Positions 1-15,225 of a stretch of DNA of 64,000 bases are shown here, one piece after another. Each line of letters starts with the position of its first letter. Within the stretch, counting starts at the first letter, position 1. Origin of the DNA: the human T2T-CHM13v2.0 reference genome, Homo sapiens; the NCBI RefSeq assembly GCF_009914755.1, contig NC_060939.1, one strand, 5' to 3'. The translations under genes were made by a program, and so were the position numbers. The notes under the pieces were generated by a model that made no database searches, was not told the DNA's origin, and saw only the letters and a list, made by a program, of their open reading frames with translations.

Positions 1-1394
1 ACCTTCACTCAGTGTAAAAGATCAGGGCTAATTTTAAAGCCACCCAAACTTCCCTGTGTTTATATATTTATGAGTGCCTCTGATGCAGCTCATTTTGAGA
101 GGTGATGTTGTCACTGCTTGTTGTTAATTCATTCACTGTGGCATTAGAGTTTTACTGACACTGTAACAGTTAGTTGAGACAGTCTGAGGTCTCAGTTCAC
201 TCTGCCTTAACAGATTGCCTTCAAAATCTAATACTCAGAGGAATTTCCATCCTACCCCTTTGGTGACTGAAACTGCTGCTCCTTGGCCCCTCATTCTCTA
301 GGGAAAGACATACAGCATTGGTGAATATGCACGAATCCCCGGGAAGAATGAGAAGGCAACTGACAGTGCTTATGCAAATTCTCAGTGTCTACTAACCATC
401 CCCACCTGTTACAAACCCGTGTGCTCACCATTTTCCCTGGGAGCATTTTCACTACTGTGTTCGTAGAGAAGAGTGGAGTTAGGAGAGAAGATTCTGGTTG
501 GGTCAAGAGATCCTTTTCAGTAATCAAGCCCTGAAGAGGGGCGCCCCATCCTTACCCTACCCCTAGACCTTTGTCAAAACTCAACTCTTCCTGGTATTAA
601 TATATTTGTTTCCCCTAAGGTTACTTATCCTTACTAAGGAGATTTGTCCAAAATTCCAGCTGAAGTGAAAAGAGATGCAAAGGGGTGTCAGCTAGGAGAC
701 AGAAACAAATCCTCAGCCCCTCACTAATCCCTTGTGTGATTACAGTGTAAGAGCAGGCACCAAGGCTGGAAAGAATGGTCATCCATTAAATGACTACTCT
801 TCCAAAGATAGCTTTTTAAAACAGCAAAATAACCCATTATGGACTTCTACTAGAAAATGTTTTATATAGCTATATATTTATCTAAGAAACATAAATTGAA
901 TTTTTCAGCATTCTGCTCTTCTTAGCTAAATTTACTTAAGCATTTTTGTGTGAAGTAGGTGTTTTGATTCTTTTGTTAAAAACACAGGCATTGACAGAGA
1001 GGAAGTCAATAAATGTTAATTGAACCTGCTGGAGCCAGGCATTGTAAACATGTCGCTGAGCTAAGTAAAGAACTCGCCAAACCTTGACAGTAGAACATTC
1101 TCCACCATAAATAAAGATATTCTGTGCTCCCCAGATTCTTCTGAGAGGCAGATATGCTGCTCCTTGTAATCAGCCACTAAGGGGTGTTTCTCACTTTTCT
1201 TTAAAATGAACAATAAACTGAACTCCGGAGTGTCCAGATGAATTTTAGGAGCCATTCATTACATTGCTCTTATTCTCTTTGATTTTATATGCAGGGTTGT
1301 GAGAAGTCACTTGTGTTTCTACTATTCCTTAAATACCAAACAGGGAGCTTTTCTTTCCCTTGCAGGAAGACAAAAGGGAATGTCTGCTTTTATA

Positions 1395-1515
1395 CCAGCC
1401 TGCAGGCTGTCCCTAAATGGGGCCATGTTTGTCTTGCTCACCACTGTGTTCCAGGGCCTTGCACAACCCCTGGCACACAAGCCGATGCAGCAGTTGCTAA
1501 GTGAGTGATTAAATA
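1395..1515 (+). mobile_element. L2 LINE 3' fragment
   Basis: L2 3'-end pattern gtcttgctcaccactgtgttccagggcct...cctggcacacaag...tgagtgattaaat. Confidence 0.6.
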
Positions 1516-3160
1516 GGACAAACACGTAAGCTGGGGAGATTCTTACATGGAGCCTGTAGACTCCTTAAGACACAGTTGGACCCTAGGGCTCCAGTGGCTC
1601 ATCAGTTACTAAAACCTCTGCTAGGGAAGTTCCACTGGGTGTGTGGTGTGAAAAGCCCTCGAAATTCCAGTCCAGCCTTCAACAGGAGAAAGACTGCCGT
1701 TCACTATTTGCTGCTTACTCTTAGGACTCATTCGGAAAGCTGGGGTAGTTGAGAGACAATCTTAAGCATTTGATGCAAACTTTCAGAATTCTTTTTGACA
1801 TGACCTTGAGGTTTGAAAGCTAGGAGTCTAAGGAGCCCAGGAGCCAAGAAAGCTGGGATAGGTGCCGTCAGTTAGCCATCCTCCTAGCTGTGGTGGCTTT
1901 GCGCTAACACCCTTCCCAGTGTGGACAGAGGGGTGGCTCAGTGGCAGCTATGGGATCAGGGTTAGGTGACTCGGTATACTCTCATTTAAAAACCCACAGT
2001 AATTCAATACCCAAACTCAGGAAGAATATTTTCTGTTTCAGGGGGATCTGTGAAAATGTGCAGCTGTTACTCAGGGCCATTTTCATAGCAGCATCCTGCA
2101 GAAGTAGATTGGTGGTGTCTCCCTTCCTCCCTTAACCTCCTGCCTAAGGTCCCAGAATTGCATCATAACATCTATTGAGGAATTTCAGATGATGAAGGTA
2201 CTGATGGAACACATCCTATTTATTCATGGAGACAGTGCAGCAAGGACTGCAACTAGAGGGTCATTTAAGTTACAAGGCTACGTGACTCCATAATAGAAAA
2301 TTGAGAAAAGCATACTATTCATTTCTGGTAAGGTTCCAAGCCAGGCTCGTCAAGCTATTACTTGTATTTTGTACTTACATGAAATGAAAAAGCTAAAGAA
2401 AGGTAAATTTTAAAAAATTGCTCTAATGCTGAGGATCTGAAATCACTACTCTTCTTTATACACATTATCCAATGCCAGATTACGTCCACGGGGGAGAAAT
2501 TACTCAGAAACTTGAAAATTGTGCTTCTGTTTTCATGTCAATTCTCAAGGCTGATACTAAGAGAAAAGATGACTTCGGAAGCCTTACTACGTGGAAGCGT
2601 GAAATGTGATAAATCTTTCAAGAAATACAAGTACGCTTTCATTTACCAACCATTACAAGGCAGGCAGAAATGACTAACTTGGGGGAATTGAAGGAATAAA
2701 CCAAAACGTAATTCATCAGACAGGCTTCCCCTACAGAAACACAGTCAGGGGTAGTGGGTGGTTTTTCTGAGCCACCCAGATACCAGCCTCATCCTGGCTG
2801 GACCCACGTCTTTGTCCACATTCGCCACTTCCTGAAGCAGCTGTCTGCTGAACACCAGCAACACGCCAACCCTGTGGCTACTTCGGGGATGGAGTGGAGA
2901 ATGGGCAGAAGTGAGCCTTGCTCTCAGGGGGCTTCTAATGGAGTAGCGGAGAAAGATATTTTTAAAATACATAAATAAACGTGTCAACAACTTGTGATAA
3001 GAGCTACAAAAGAAAAAAGAAGACGACGGGGCTATGAATGAATACCGGAGGGCCTTGGTGGTGGTCGATCCAGGGTAGCTGGGCCAGCAGAGGCCTATGT
3101 GAGGAGGTGACACTGGAGTGACACCTGAGGACTGGGGAGTCGGCAGGTGAAAAACAAACA

Positions 3161-3346
3161 GGGCAGGATGGGGATGGAGGGAGGTGGTGGGGATGGGGGG
3201 AGGTGGTGGTGGTGGTGGTGGGCTCACAGGGAGAAGGAATTCCGAGTGTTTGTTTGAGAGACCACACCCCTGCATCCTCTTTCTCTCAGTCTATGTCTCT
3301 CTCTCTGTCTCTGTCTCTCTCTCTTTCTTTCTCTGTCTGTCCCTCT
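3161..3346 (+). repeat. G-rich (GGT)n/G-run tract followed by a (TC)-rich tract
   Basis: Six runs of at least 3 G in 3161-3222, including (GGT)n; pyrimidine (CT)n tract at about 3278-3346. Confidence 0.85.
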
Positions 3347-4381
3347 CACCCAGCCCTGCAGCTCCCTTACTTGAAGGGACACTGATCCTATGACCAGAGG
3401 ACTGAGGCACTGGTGGGTGGGTAGGGAGCCTCTCATGAGAGAAACACAGGGAAGGTGGGAAGGGAGATCCTGGGCTTTGCAGGGAAATGGGAGATGAAGG
3501 AGAAAGGGGGTGAGGTCCAGCCACTGCCACCCGCACAACTCCTCAGAGCGGACTCTTTCAGAAAGCTCGCCCTGAGTATCTCCTGGGTGCCAGCCCTGGG
3601 GGCATGGATGTCATCCTTGCTGTCTCCCTCACTCCTCACCTCCAGGTTGCCAAGTCCCATGGGTTCTAATGTCCTTATCGACATCCCTTGACTCCCCCAC
3701 GACTTTGTTCCATCCCTTGGCTACTGTACTGGAGCAGGTACCACCATCCTTCTCCACAACGACTGCAATACAAATATTTAGAAAATAAATGCATTGGCAG
3801 GACTTGCTATTGAGAGAAATCCTGCTGTGTACCCACATAGAAATTATGGTTTCTTTTTCAAGTGGAGCCGGCTTTTTGTATAAAAGCTGGATCTGCCTAT
3901 TTCTAAGCCAGCCAAGGCAAGGGATGCAGACTCTTAAAGCTGGGCCTTCTGAGCTGCCTTCTCTTGGCAAATTTCCCTATTACATGCAGCTCAGCGATCT
4001 GGTTTAGTCCTTCCCGAGTCTGTGCTATCCACACCAGCCATCCCTGACCATTGGTCTTTCAACTTGTTTAAAGTTACACTAGATTTATGTAATAGGAGCT
4101 TTTGCTTTTCCCTCCATCCCTGGCCATGTACCCATAAACTCACTGTTTCCAGCGAAGCTCCGAAAAACCGCTAGAGAGCCTCAGGCCAGGATGGTCTGTC
4201 CAGACCCACAGTTCTGCACCTCTCCAGACCTTGTGGGACAGTTGATGACCCTCTGAGGCACTGTACACTCACTAAGCCATGGTCAGAGTTCTGATGTTTG
4301 AGGAGCTTTTCCACAGCAAATGTAGCCTTGTCAGTGGGCAGTCTGTGTACACTACAAATCAAGTGTTTTTCCAAGGGATAG

Positions 4382-5149
<768 letters not shown>

Positions 5150-5705
5150 TCCAAATTCATTCTTAACCAAAATAAGAATGAATGACCATGACCCCTTTAA
5201 CAATTGGCTCTCATTCTCATATAAACTGATTTACAAACATCTTCAAGTCACGAGTGCTTGAAGAGTCTTTAAGCACACTTCTCAACCCAAGAACAAGACT
5301 TTTTATATGCAATTAATGTCATTATGACCCTCTCTTTAAAAAAGGTGGGCTGTTGCAGTCCAACAATGGGTTAGTCAAAGATGATTATAAAAATCAGGAT
5401 CAAGGACAAATGAGGCTCTACACATGAAAACAATGTGGCGTGGCGTGGTGGCTCTGTGGGAACTCCAAATTTGGCTTGGAATTCCTGGTATATGCAGGAC
5501 AACAAGGAAAACACCAAATATGCTAAAGGGAAAGTAAAACAAAGGGGGCCACTGATGGAATTACAGGGAACGGATTCTAACATAAGGTATGGCCTTCCCT
5601 AGGAAGGCTGTGTGTATTGGCCTGCTTGGAGGAATGGCTGGAATATAGCAGGGACTCAATAGCCTATTCTCCAGTCTTGACTTATGACCACATAAGACCT
5701 TCCTA

Positions 5706-6110
<405 letters not shown>

Positions 6111-7146
6111 TCATAAAAAGATTCATTTTAGTGGGCTTTGAGTTTTTGAAGAAAGGGGTCACATACAATTTTTTGTGTGTGGAAATGTTTAATGCCCACA
6201 GCTAAAGTAGTGAGGCAGTGGACTGAACCCTGCTGAAGATAGTACCTAATACGGAGGCCAGATGATGACTGGACCCAAATCCGACTTCAGTGTTCTTGGG
6301 CTCAGTATACTCCTGAGATGTTCCTGATCCATGAAGCCGCCTTCAGGAATTCTTTCTGCAGCCTTTCACCTGAGGAAAACGTTGGTGACGATGACCATTC
6401 TAGAATACAATCAGGTTTCTATGTTGTACAAGTAGGTGAACTTTTGCTGTGGAAATTTCCACCTGGAGCCAAGAGAATTCTGTGATTTTCCCCTGCAGGC
6501 AGATGCCTTTAAAAGGCAGATCAATAATACGGTTTCCTTTTCGGTGATTTAATCCTGCTGTGTGTGTGCCTTGTTTCCCAGGCCTTCCTGTTTTTTGTTT
6601 TTCAGGCCTGTGGGTCCATGCCTGGACCATTCAGTGCAGGAGGGTACATCTGGAAAAGCCACTGTTCAGTGGGTTCCTGCTGCTGAGTTGAAAACTTAGG
6701 GGAGGCAGCTGCTGCTGTGATAAACACGAGAGCCACCGTCGCCGGGTGGTGCTTAGCTCTAGGAACTGCTGGCTTCACAGAGCTGAATGCTAAATATGGC
6801 ATTTGAGAAACTCCAGTCAGCAGCAGATGTGAAAAGCATGTTTCAAGTCCCCATTTGTGCCCTGGTATTCACAGAGCAGTCAGCCTGTCCTCACATAGGT
6901 ACATGTGGAGGAGTGGAGATCAGAACTGCACGCACCACAGTGCACAACCTTCAGAAATACGAGTGCCCATCATTTCTCTTGGAGCCTGGCAAACAGGTGT
7001 CTTTAAGATGCCAATGCCATTGTTTTCAGGACTGATGGTAAACAAGGCCAAACCAAAGGAAAAAGGGGTCACCAGCTTCTACCACAGGCTTTGGGGTGAT
7101 GCACCCTTAGAGTTTCTTGAAGCCGAGCTGATTTTTAGCCTCTAGG

Positions 7147-7470
7147 GTGGCAGTGTGGCCCAGAGCAGTGATTCTCAGCCTCCGCCTGGGAAACTGGCCA
7201 ACATGCAGAACCCTGGGCACCTGGCCCCTGCCCCAGAGACTCTGGTTCAGAAGGTGACCCTGATGCAGGGGCTTAAGATGCACACTTGGTGAGCCACTGG
7301 CATAGAGTAAAGAGTCGGGCCTTATATAAGAACAACCTGCCCACAGACCACTGGCTTACTTCTGGGAGCCTCAGGCCCCTTCTCTGTTTAACAGAGCTAT
7401 GCAGGTCTGACCTGCGGAGTTGCTGTGAAGATGAGGAATGATGTATGAGCCACACCTGGCAGCAGTGAGT
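7147..7470. mobile_element. MIR fragment interrupted by a MER5-like hAT fragment (about 7166-7300)
   Basis: MER5-like ends cagtgattctca...gagccactg; MIR-like core gagcctcaggcccc...ctgtgaagatgag follows. Confidence 0.45.
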
Positions 7471-8056
7471 GTACGGTGGGGCACATGGTACCAGTTCAGT
7501 CCCACCGGGAGCCAGCGGTGACAGTGTGAAGGTCTGTGTGGTCCTGTTCAGCCCTGCTCAAGTTTCTGTGTATCTCTCTTATCATTTGCCACCCCCCTCT
7601 ATTCTGAGGTCCTTCCCCTGCCTGGGGTGCAGTGGCTGGGCTGAACCCTAGGAAGAGTTTTTCCAGATGTCATCTACCTTCTTCATGGGATAAGTGAGGA
7701 GGGGGAAGGAAAGCAGGTATTCCCAGTGGCAGGCAATGCCTTGGCTCTGCGTTTTCCTCTCTCCTGCAGAGGTGCTGATGGTTGGAAAAGCTTCCCAGCG
7801 GCCTGCAAGGCCTGCACGTAGGCAGTCTCCAGTGCTCATTAGAACAGCCTCACTCAGTTCATCTCATTCGATCCCTAAAACTGTGGGATGGAAGGAGGAC
7901 AAAGAAAACTGAGTCCTCTTGTCTCCATTCTTGGTCCACTCCATTCCATCCTCAACACTATCCTCATAGTGATTTAAAAAAAAATTCCAAAGGACAACTC
8001 TAGACCCGTTGTGCCCTGCTTATTAGCATTCCCTCCAAGCTCCCAGCTGCTTAGAG

Positions 8057-8444
8057 CAAGGCTCAAAAAATTTTCTGCAAAGGGCCATATGGTAAATATT
8101 GTAGACGTAATAGTCCAAGAGACAAAGTTGAGGCTACTAGGTAGGTGCAGCACTTATATAACAAGAGAGAAGACAAATTTCCACAAATTTCTTCTGATGA
8201 AATTCAAGATATAATAATAAGCACATTTTTGGGGGCAATATAGTTCTATATAGTTCTACTAACAAGAAAAATAGATTCATTTTGGGGGGAGGATAACCTT
8301 TCACTTACTTGAAGTTCAAAGTTAGTGTTCCCTATCATCAAATGGGTTGCAAATGATCATGTGTAAAAAACGTTTAACTTGAAGGCCACACAAAAGCAGG
8401 TGGAGGGCTGCATTTGGCCTGTGGGCCATAGTTTGGGACCCTTG
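8057..8444 (+). mobile_element. MER58-family hAT-Charlie MITE (MER58B/C-like)
   Basis: Ends caaggctcaaaaaattttctgcaaagggccatatggtaaatatt and ggcctgtgggccatagtttgggacccttg; approximate TSD gcttagag/gcttaaag. Confidence 0.75.
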
Positions 8445-9484
8445 CTTAAAGGATCAGGTCTCAGCCCCTTCACCTGGCAAACCTGGTCTTAGGCATTTGC
8501 CCTGCACCTCTCCCACCAGCAACCCTACAGCCAGCCAGCTCCAACTGCTTTTTGTTCCTTAGATGTACTTTGCTGTCCTGCCTCTGAGCGTCCTTCTTCC
8601 AACCCACCAGCCTGGGAATTCCTGTTTCTCTTAGCCTATACTGTTTTTTTTTCAGGGCTACTTATCTGGACACTTTCCCTAAATCTCTTCACTCCCGTAG
8701 ATCCCAGTATGGACCTGCCGCATGGAACTGAGCACTTGGGAGGTTACCGTCTGTAACTCCCTCATTGGTCTGGGACATTTTTAAGGGAAGGGGCTACTTC
8801 ATTCCTGTTGTATTCATTGCACATGTGCCAAAAACAGGGAGGGATGCTGGCAACCCTGTCCCAGGTCTTCTGACTATAGGATAGTGTTTCCTGTGCCACC
8901 TCCACCCCAGGCCACCCAGTTACCTTGGAAGCACCATGTTTTTGTAGCTTACCACTCTCCTGGCCTTGGCTGACTGAGCCAGGGGTGGGCCCTGGATTCA
9001 AGCCAGGCCCGTCAGTCTTTCCCTGAGGTCTTTGAGGTCTTTCAAGCTGAGAAAAGAAAAGGCACAGGGACAGAAAGTAAAACTCTGGAGTGTTGCCAGC
9101 CTTGATCTTCACCTTGAGGGAAGACATTGCCATGAGAGATGAGGAAGATGTGCAGAGAGGAGCAAGGAGAAGTCCTGGACAGAGAGCGCCCTCCTGGCAT
9201 GAGAGTCTAGCTGAGGCTCAGCTGCATCCTGCCGGCGAATCACTGGCTGTTGGCCCTTATTTGGAAACCACAAGACAATAGACACCCCTTTATACCTGAG
9301 CTAGTTTCAACTGTATTCTGTCAGTGACAACCCAAAGACTCCTACTGTCCCAATCTTGGCATTCTCCCCACTGTGCCATTCGCTTCCAAACATTTTTTAA
9401 GCTCAGGGACCCCTTGTTCAAAAACAAGTCTTGGAATTCCAGGATGTGAAATAGATGGCCCTGTAGTATACACTGTGCGATGCC

Positions 9485-9531
9485 GACCACCTGGCCAACA
9501 TGGCGAAACCATCTCTACTAAAAATACAAAA
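9485..9531 (+). mobile_element. 47-bp Alu fragment (end of left arm plus A5TACA linker)
   Basis: gaccacctggccaacatggcgaaaccatctctactaaaaatacaaaa, with no other Alu sequence adjacent. Confidence 0.85.
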
Positions 9532-9633
9532 TATCTCCACTCCAACAACTCTGAGCCACGAGATCAAGGCCAAGACACGTCTCTCTCAGCCTCAGTTTCC
9601 CTCTTTATAAAATACAGAGTACAGGTACCCAAG

Positions 9634-10371
<738 letters not shown>

Positions 10372-10427
10372 CCACCTCTTAGGGTTACTGTAGGGGTTAA
10401 ATGAGTTAATATACACGAATCACTTAA

Positions 10428-10783
<356 letters not shown>

Positions 10784-10904
10784 TGACACATGGGCAAACG
10801 CAGGGAACCTGCCACCCTCAGCTTCCGTCTCACCTCTCCCTCACTAAAATGTCTTTGGCATATGGGTAATGTTTAAATTATTAAAAATGATTGATTTAAT
10901 ATAT

Positions 10905-11030
10905 TTCTTCCTGGCTAGACTGGGAACTCACAAAGACAAGGTTCATATTTGTCTTGGTCACAGTTTTCCCCCAGGTCTGGCTAGCACATGACTGGCCTAT
11001 TGAAGGTGCCAAGTAACTATTTACTACCTA
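10905..11030 (+). mobile_element. L2 3' fragment
   Basis: ctagactgggaactc...gtcttggtcacag...ctagcacatgactggc. Confidence 0.5.
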
Positions 11031-11249
11031 ACTGATAGCAGATACGTGTCATCTCATTAACAAAGAGGTGTCAGACGTGTTACCAAATCTACTGTCTTTT
11101 GCAGCAGAATCAGAAAAATCATAAGAGAAAAATACTTGATTTATAGGATAGCCCCTCAGAACTAGTTAATTCTTTTGGTTTGATTAATTATGTTACTTAC
11201 TTAGGGTTTCCCAGGTTTTCCCCATTTTGAAACTAATTAATGTAATGAA

Positions 11250-13590
11250 AACATATGATGTAACTTATGAGATACATTTAGAACAATAAGAGAAAATTTC
11301 ATATTCATAAACAGATTAATAAAATGAAAACAAATGAATTAAATTCCCAACTCATAAACACAGAAAAAAATTTCAACAGAGCAAAACAAAATAAGGTACA
11401 AGGACAGAAATAATAAAGATAAAATCAGAAATTAAGGAAGTAGAGAATAGGATTTATGGGATTAAAGTCCTGGCTCTTTGAAAAAATTAACACAATAGAC
11501 AAACTAAGTCAAGGAAAAAGGGAGAAAACCCAAATATAAAACTAAGAAATTATAATGGGAAAATAACTGTTAAAAAGTAGAAAGATTTAAAATTCACGAG
11601 ACCACTTTTCAAATCTCCACGCAAACAAATCTGAAAATATAAGTGAAATGGATAATTATCTAGAAAAATACGGTTTGCCAAAATGACCCCATTAGGGACA
11701 GAAAGCTTCAACAGATCACTTTTTGTAAAAGAAATAGAGAAAATTGTCAAGGAATTTCCCTACAAAAGAAGCAGCAGGTCTAAAGGATGTCACAGAAGAC
11801 ATAAACCTCCAAAGAATGCAGAGTTTCAATGCTGCATAAATTCCTTCAGTGCATGAAAGATAAGGTAAACTTCCAAATTATTTTTATAAGCAAATATAAC
11901 ATTGATCCTTAAACAAATAATACATACAAATATTGGCACAAAAATCCTAAAATAAATGTTAGCATACAGAATCAACATCTGCTATGGTTTGAATGTGCCT
12001 CCCAAAAAGCATGTGTTGGAAACTTAATCCAAAATGCAACACCGTTGAGAGATGCAGCCTAATGAGAGTGGATTAGGCCATGAGGACTCTGCCCTCATGC
12101 ATAGATTAATGCTGTTATCTTGGGAGTGGTTTGGTTATGAAAGGCTGAGTTTGGCCTCCTTTTCTCTCTCTCATTTCCTTTTGCTTTCTGCCAAGGGATG
12201 ATGCAGCAGGAAGGCCCCTGCCAAATGCCAGCCCCTGGATCTTGGACTTCCCAGGCTCCAGAATTAAAATAAATAAATTTATTTTCTTTATAAATTACCT
12301 AATCTCCGGTAGTGTGAAATAAGTTTATTTATTGTGATTTATTTAAATGATCTAAGAAGAACCATCTGATAATCTCCACTGATGCTGAAAAAGCCTTTGG
12401 TAAAATTCCACATTTAGTTCTAATTAAAAAAGCACTCACGGTAATAGAAATTGATGGATACTTTCTTAACATGATAAAATATATAAACCTTAGTTCTAAA
12501 ACCAGCATCTATTAAATAAAGAATCACTAGAGGCATTTACACTAAGATCAGGAACATGGCAAGGATGCCCATTATCTCCACTACTGTTTATTATTATATT
12601 GGAGGTATAAGTCAATGCAGTTAGACAAAAGAAATAAATTGGAGGCATAAGAACTGGAAAGCATAAAGTAAAACTAAGTGTATTTGCAGATAATGTAATA
12701 GAATACCCCCAAAACCTGGGAGACTCAATGATTGAATTAACTCAAGCAATGAAAGAATTAAGCAATTAGCAGGATATAAAATTTACACAGAGAAACCAAC
12801 TGGGTTCATATATTAAAAAAATCAAAAGATATAACAGTAGATAAATCTCCATTTATAATAGTAATAACGAAGATCAAATGGTTAGAATTAAACTTAATAA
12901 GAAATATACAAAACCTATATGAAGAACGCTTTTGGATGTGCCTGAAAGATACAAAAGTAGGCATGAAGAAATGGAAAGATATCCCTTGTTCTTGGATAGA
13001 AAAACTCAATATCACAAAGTTGTCAATTCTCACAAGATTTATTTATAAATAATGCAATAAAAATACTAGTAAGCTCTTTATGGAGTTAGACAAATTGATA
13101 CAAAAATTCATGTAGAAAAATAAACACGGAAGAATAGCTAGAACACCTGATATTCTAGTAAAAGAAAAGCCATAAGGGGTGTCTACTCCTATCACATATT
13201 AAATCATTCTATAAAATCTCTGTAATTAAAACTGAAATATTGACACATGAATAAACAGAAAGACTAGTGGAAGAGAAGAGAAATCTAGAAATAGACTTAA
13301 GTCCATAAGGAAAATCAGTATATGATGAAGGTGTTATCTGAAGTCACTGGAGCATAGATGGGCTCTCTAATTAAATGGTGCTGGACAACTGGGTGGCCAT
13401 TTGGAAAAAAGGTAAGATTAGATCCATTCCTCATGCCATCCACACAAATAAACTCCAAATTTAAAGAAGAATGACAATTGAAGAAAGTGTAAGAGAATTC
13501 CTCTATAAACTCAGTATAGAGAGAGCACCGCAAACATAAAGGACTGATCAATTGTACTACGTAAAAAATTAAAAATATTTGCATAGTAAA
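11250..13590 (+). mobile_element. Old L1M ORF2 fragment (degenerate RT region), antisense to TTC23
   Basis: Degenerate ORF2 motifs gatgctgaaaaagcctttg (DAEKAF), ggaacatggcaaggatgcccattatctcca (GTxQGCPLSP) and tttgcagataat (FADx); A-rich. Confidence 0.85.
11980..12315 (+). mobile_element. MaLR LTR (MSTD/MLT1A-like) nested in the L1
   Basis: tgctatggtttgaatgtgcc...gattaggccatgagg...cttggacttcccaggctccagaa...ttataaattacc. Confidence 0.8.
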
Positions 13591-13807
13591 AACTGATAAT
13601 TCATTTAAAAAATATGTATGTCTAAGAGGCTTACTATGTCTTTTACCCAAAAAGTATCAGGTTAGATCTACCACAAAAGTGATGTCATCCTATCTAAACA
13701 AGCCACTTCTAAAGTTTCATTTAAAAGAACCACCACAAGGGAGAGAAATTGACCTTGGAGAGGGGAGGGAGAGCCTAGTCTCGTGTTAGTACTGGTTCCA
13801 GCTTTAC

Positions 13808-13957
13808 CTTCTTCAGTTTCTTGCGGGCCCCACTGTGGTTCCCCTGCGCCAGGTCTGCTCCTCCCAGGAGCCGGTATGTCTCTGCCACCTCGGGACTGAA
13901 ATCGCCAAATGCTTCCACTTTGGCTTCCAGGGACTCTCTCAGGATCGAGGTTGCTCT
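13808..13957 (-). CDS. TTC23: TTC23 internal coding exon (150 bp, phase 0->0): RATSILRESLEAKVEAFGDFSPEVAETYRLLGGADLAQGNHSGARKKLKK
   Basis: Acceptor ttcctttcacag|AGA GCA, donor AAG AAG|gtaaag. Contains the kinesin-light-chain-type TPR motif (FGDFSPEVAETYRLLG). Lies within ORF 13775..13972. Confidence 0.96.
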
Positions 13958-14077
13958 CTGTGAAAGGAACAAAAAGCTATCTGGTTAACAAGCTCAAAGG
14001 CTGATTAGGATCATTACGCAACTTGTAACATTTTCACATGGGTGTGGTAGTCTCACGAGCTGAGCCTGTTCTCCTCT

Positions 14078-14439
14078 TGTATTAGTCCATTCTCATGCTG
14101 CTATGAAGAGATACCTGAGACTGGGTAATTTATAAAGCCAAGAAGTTTAATTGACTCACAGTTCCACATGGGTGGGGAGGCCTCAGAAAACTTACAATCA
14201 TGGCAGAGGGCACCTCTTTCATAGGGCAGCAGGAGAGATAAGTGCTGAGCAAAGGGGGCAAAGCCCCTTATAAAACCATCAGATCTTGTGAGAATTCAGT
14301 CACTATCGCAAGAACGGCATGGGGGTAACCGCACCCATGGTTCAATCACCTCCCACAGGGTCCCTACCATGACACATGGGTATTATAGGAACTATAATTC
14401 AAGACGAGATTTGGGTGGGGACACAGCCAAATCATATCA
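14078..14439 (-). mobile_element. THE1 (THE1C/D-like) solo LTR, sense to TTC23
   Basis: Plus strand reads tgtattagtcc...cacagccaaatcatatca; perfect 5-bp TSD cctct at 14073-77 and 14440-44. Confidence 0.92.
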
Positions 14440-14619
14440 CCTCTGGTTGAACAAGAGTCAGGAAACAACACGAATGTGAGGAAAGGTGTAAACTATGAAG
14501 AGAGAGGACACCTGGCAAAATAAACCCACTCAGCCATTACAGGAATCCATTTCAGTTGAGTAGTAAGAACAAAAGCTGACATGGATCAGTCCTCACATGT
14601 CACTAATTGTGCTGAACAC

Positions 14620-15225
<606 letters not shown>

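Noticed and set aside
2745-3275. 176-aa proline-rich minus-strand ORF
   Set aside because: Produced by the (GGT)n low-complexity tract; no recognisable domain, and it does not match the TTC23 C-terminus as I recall it.
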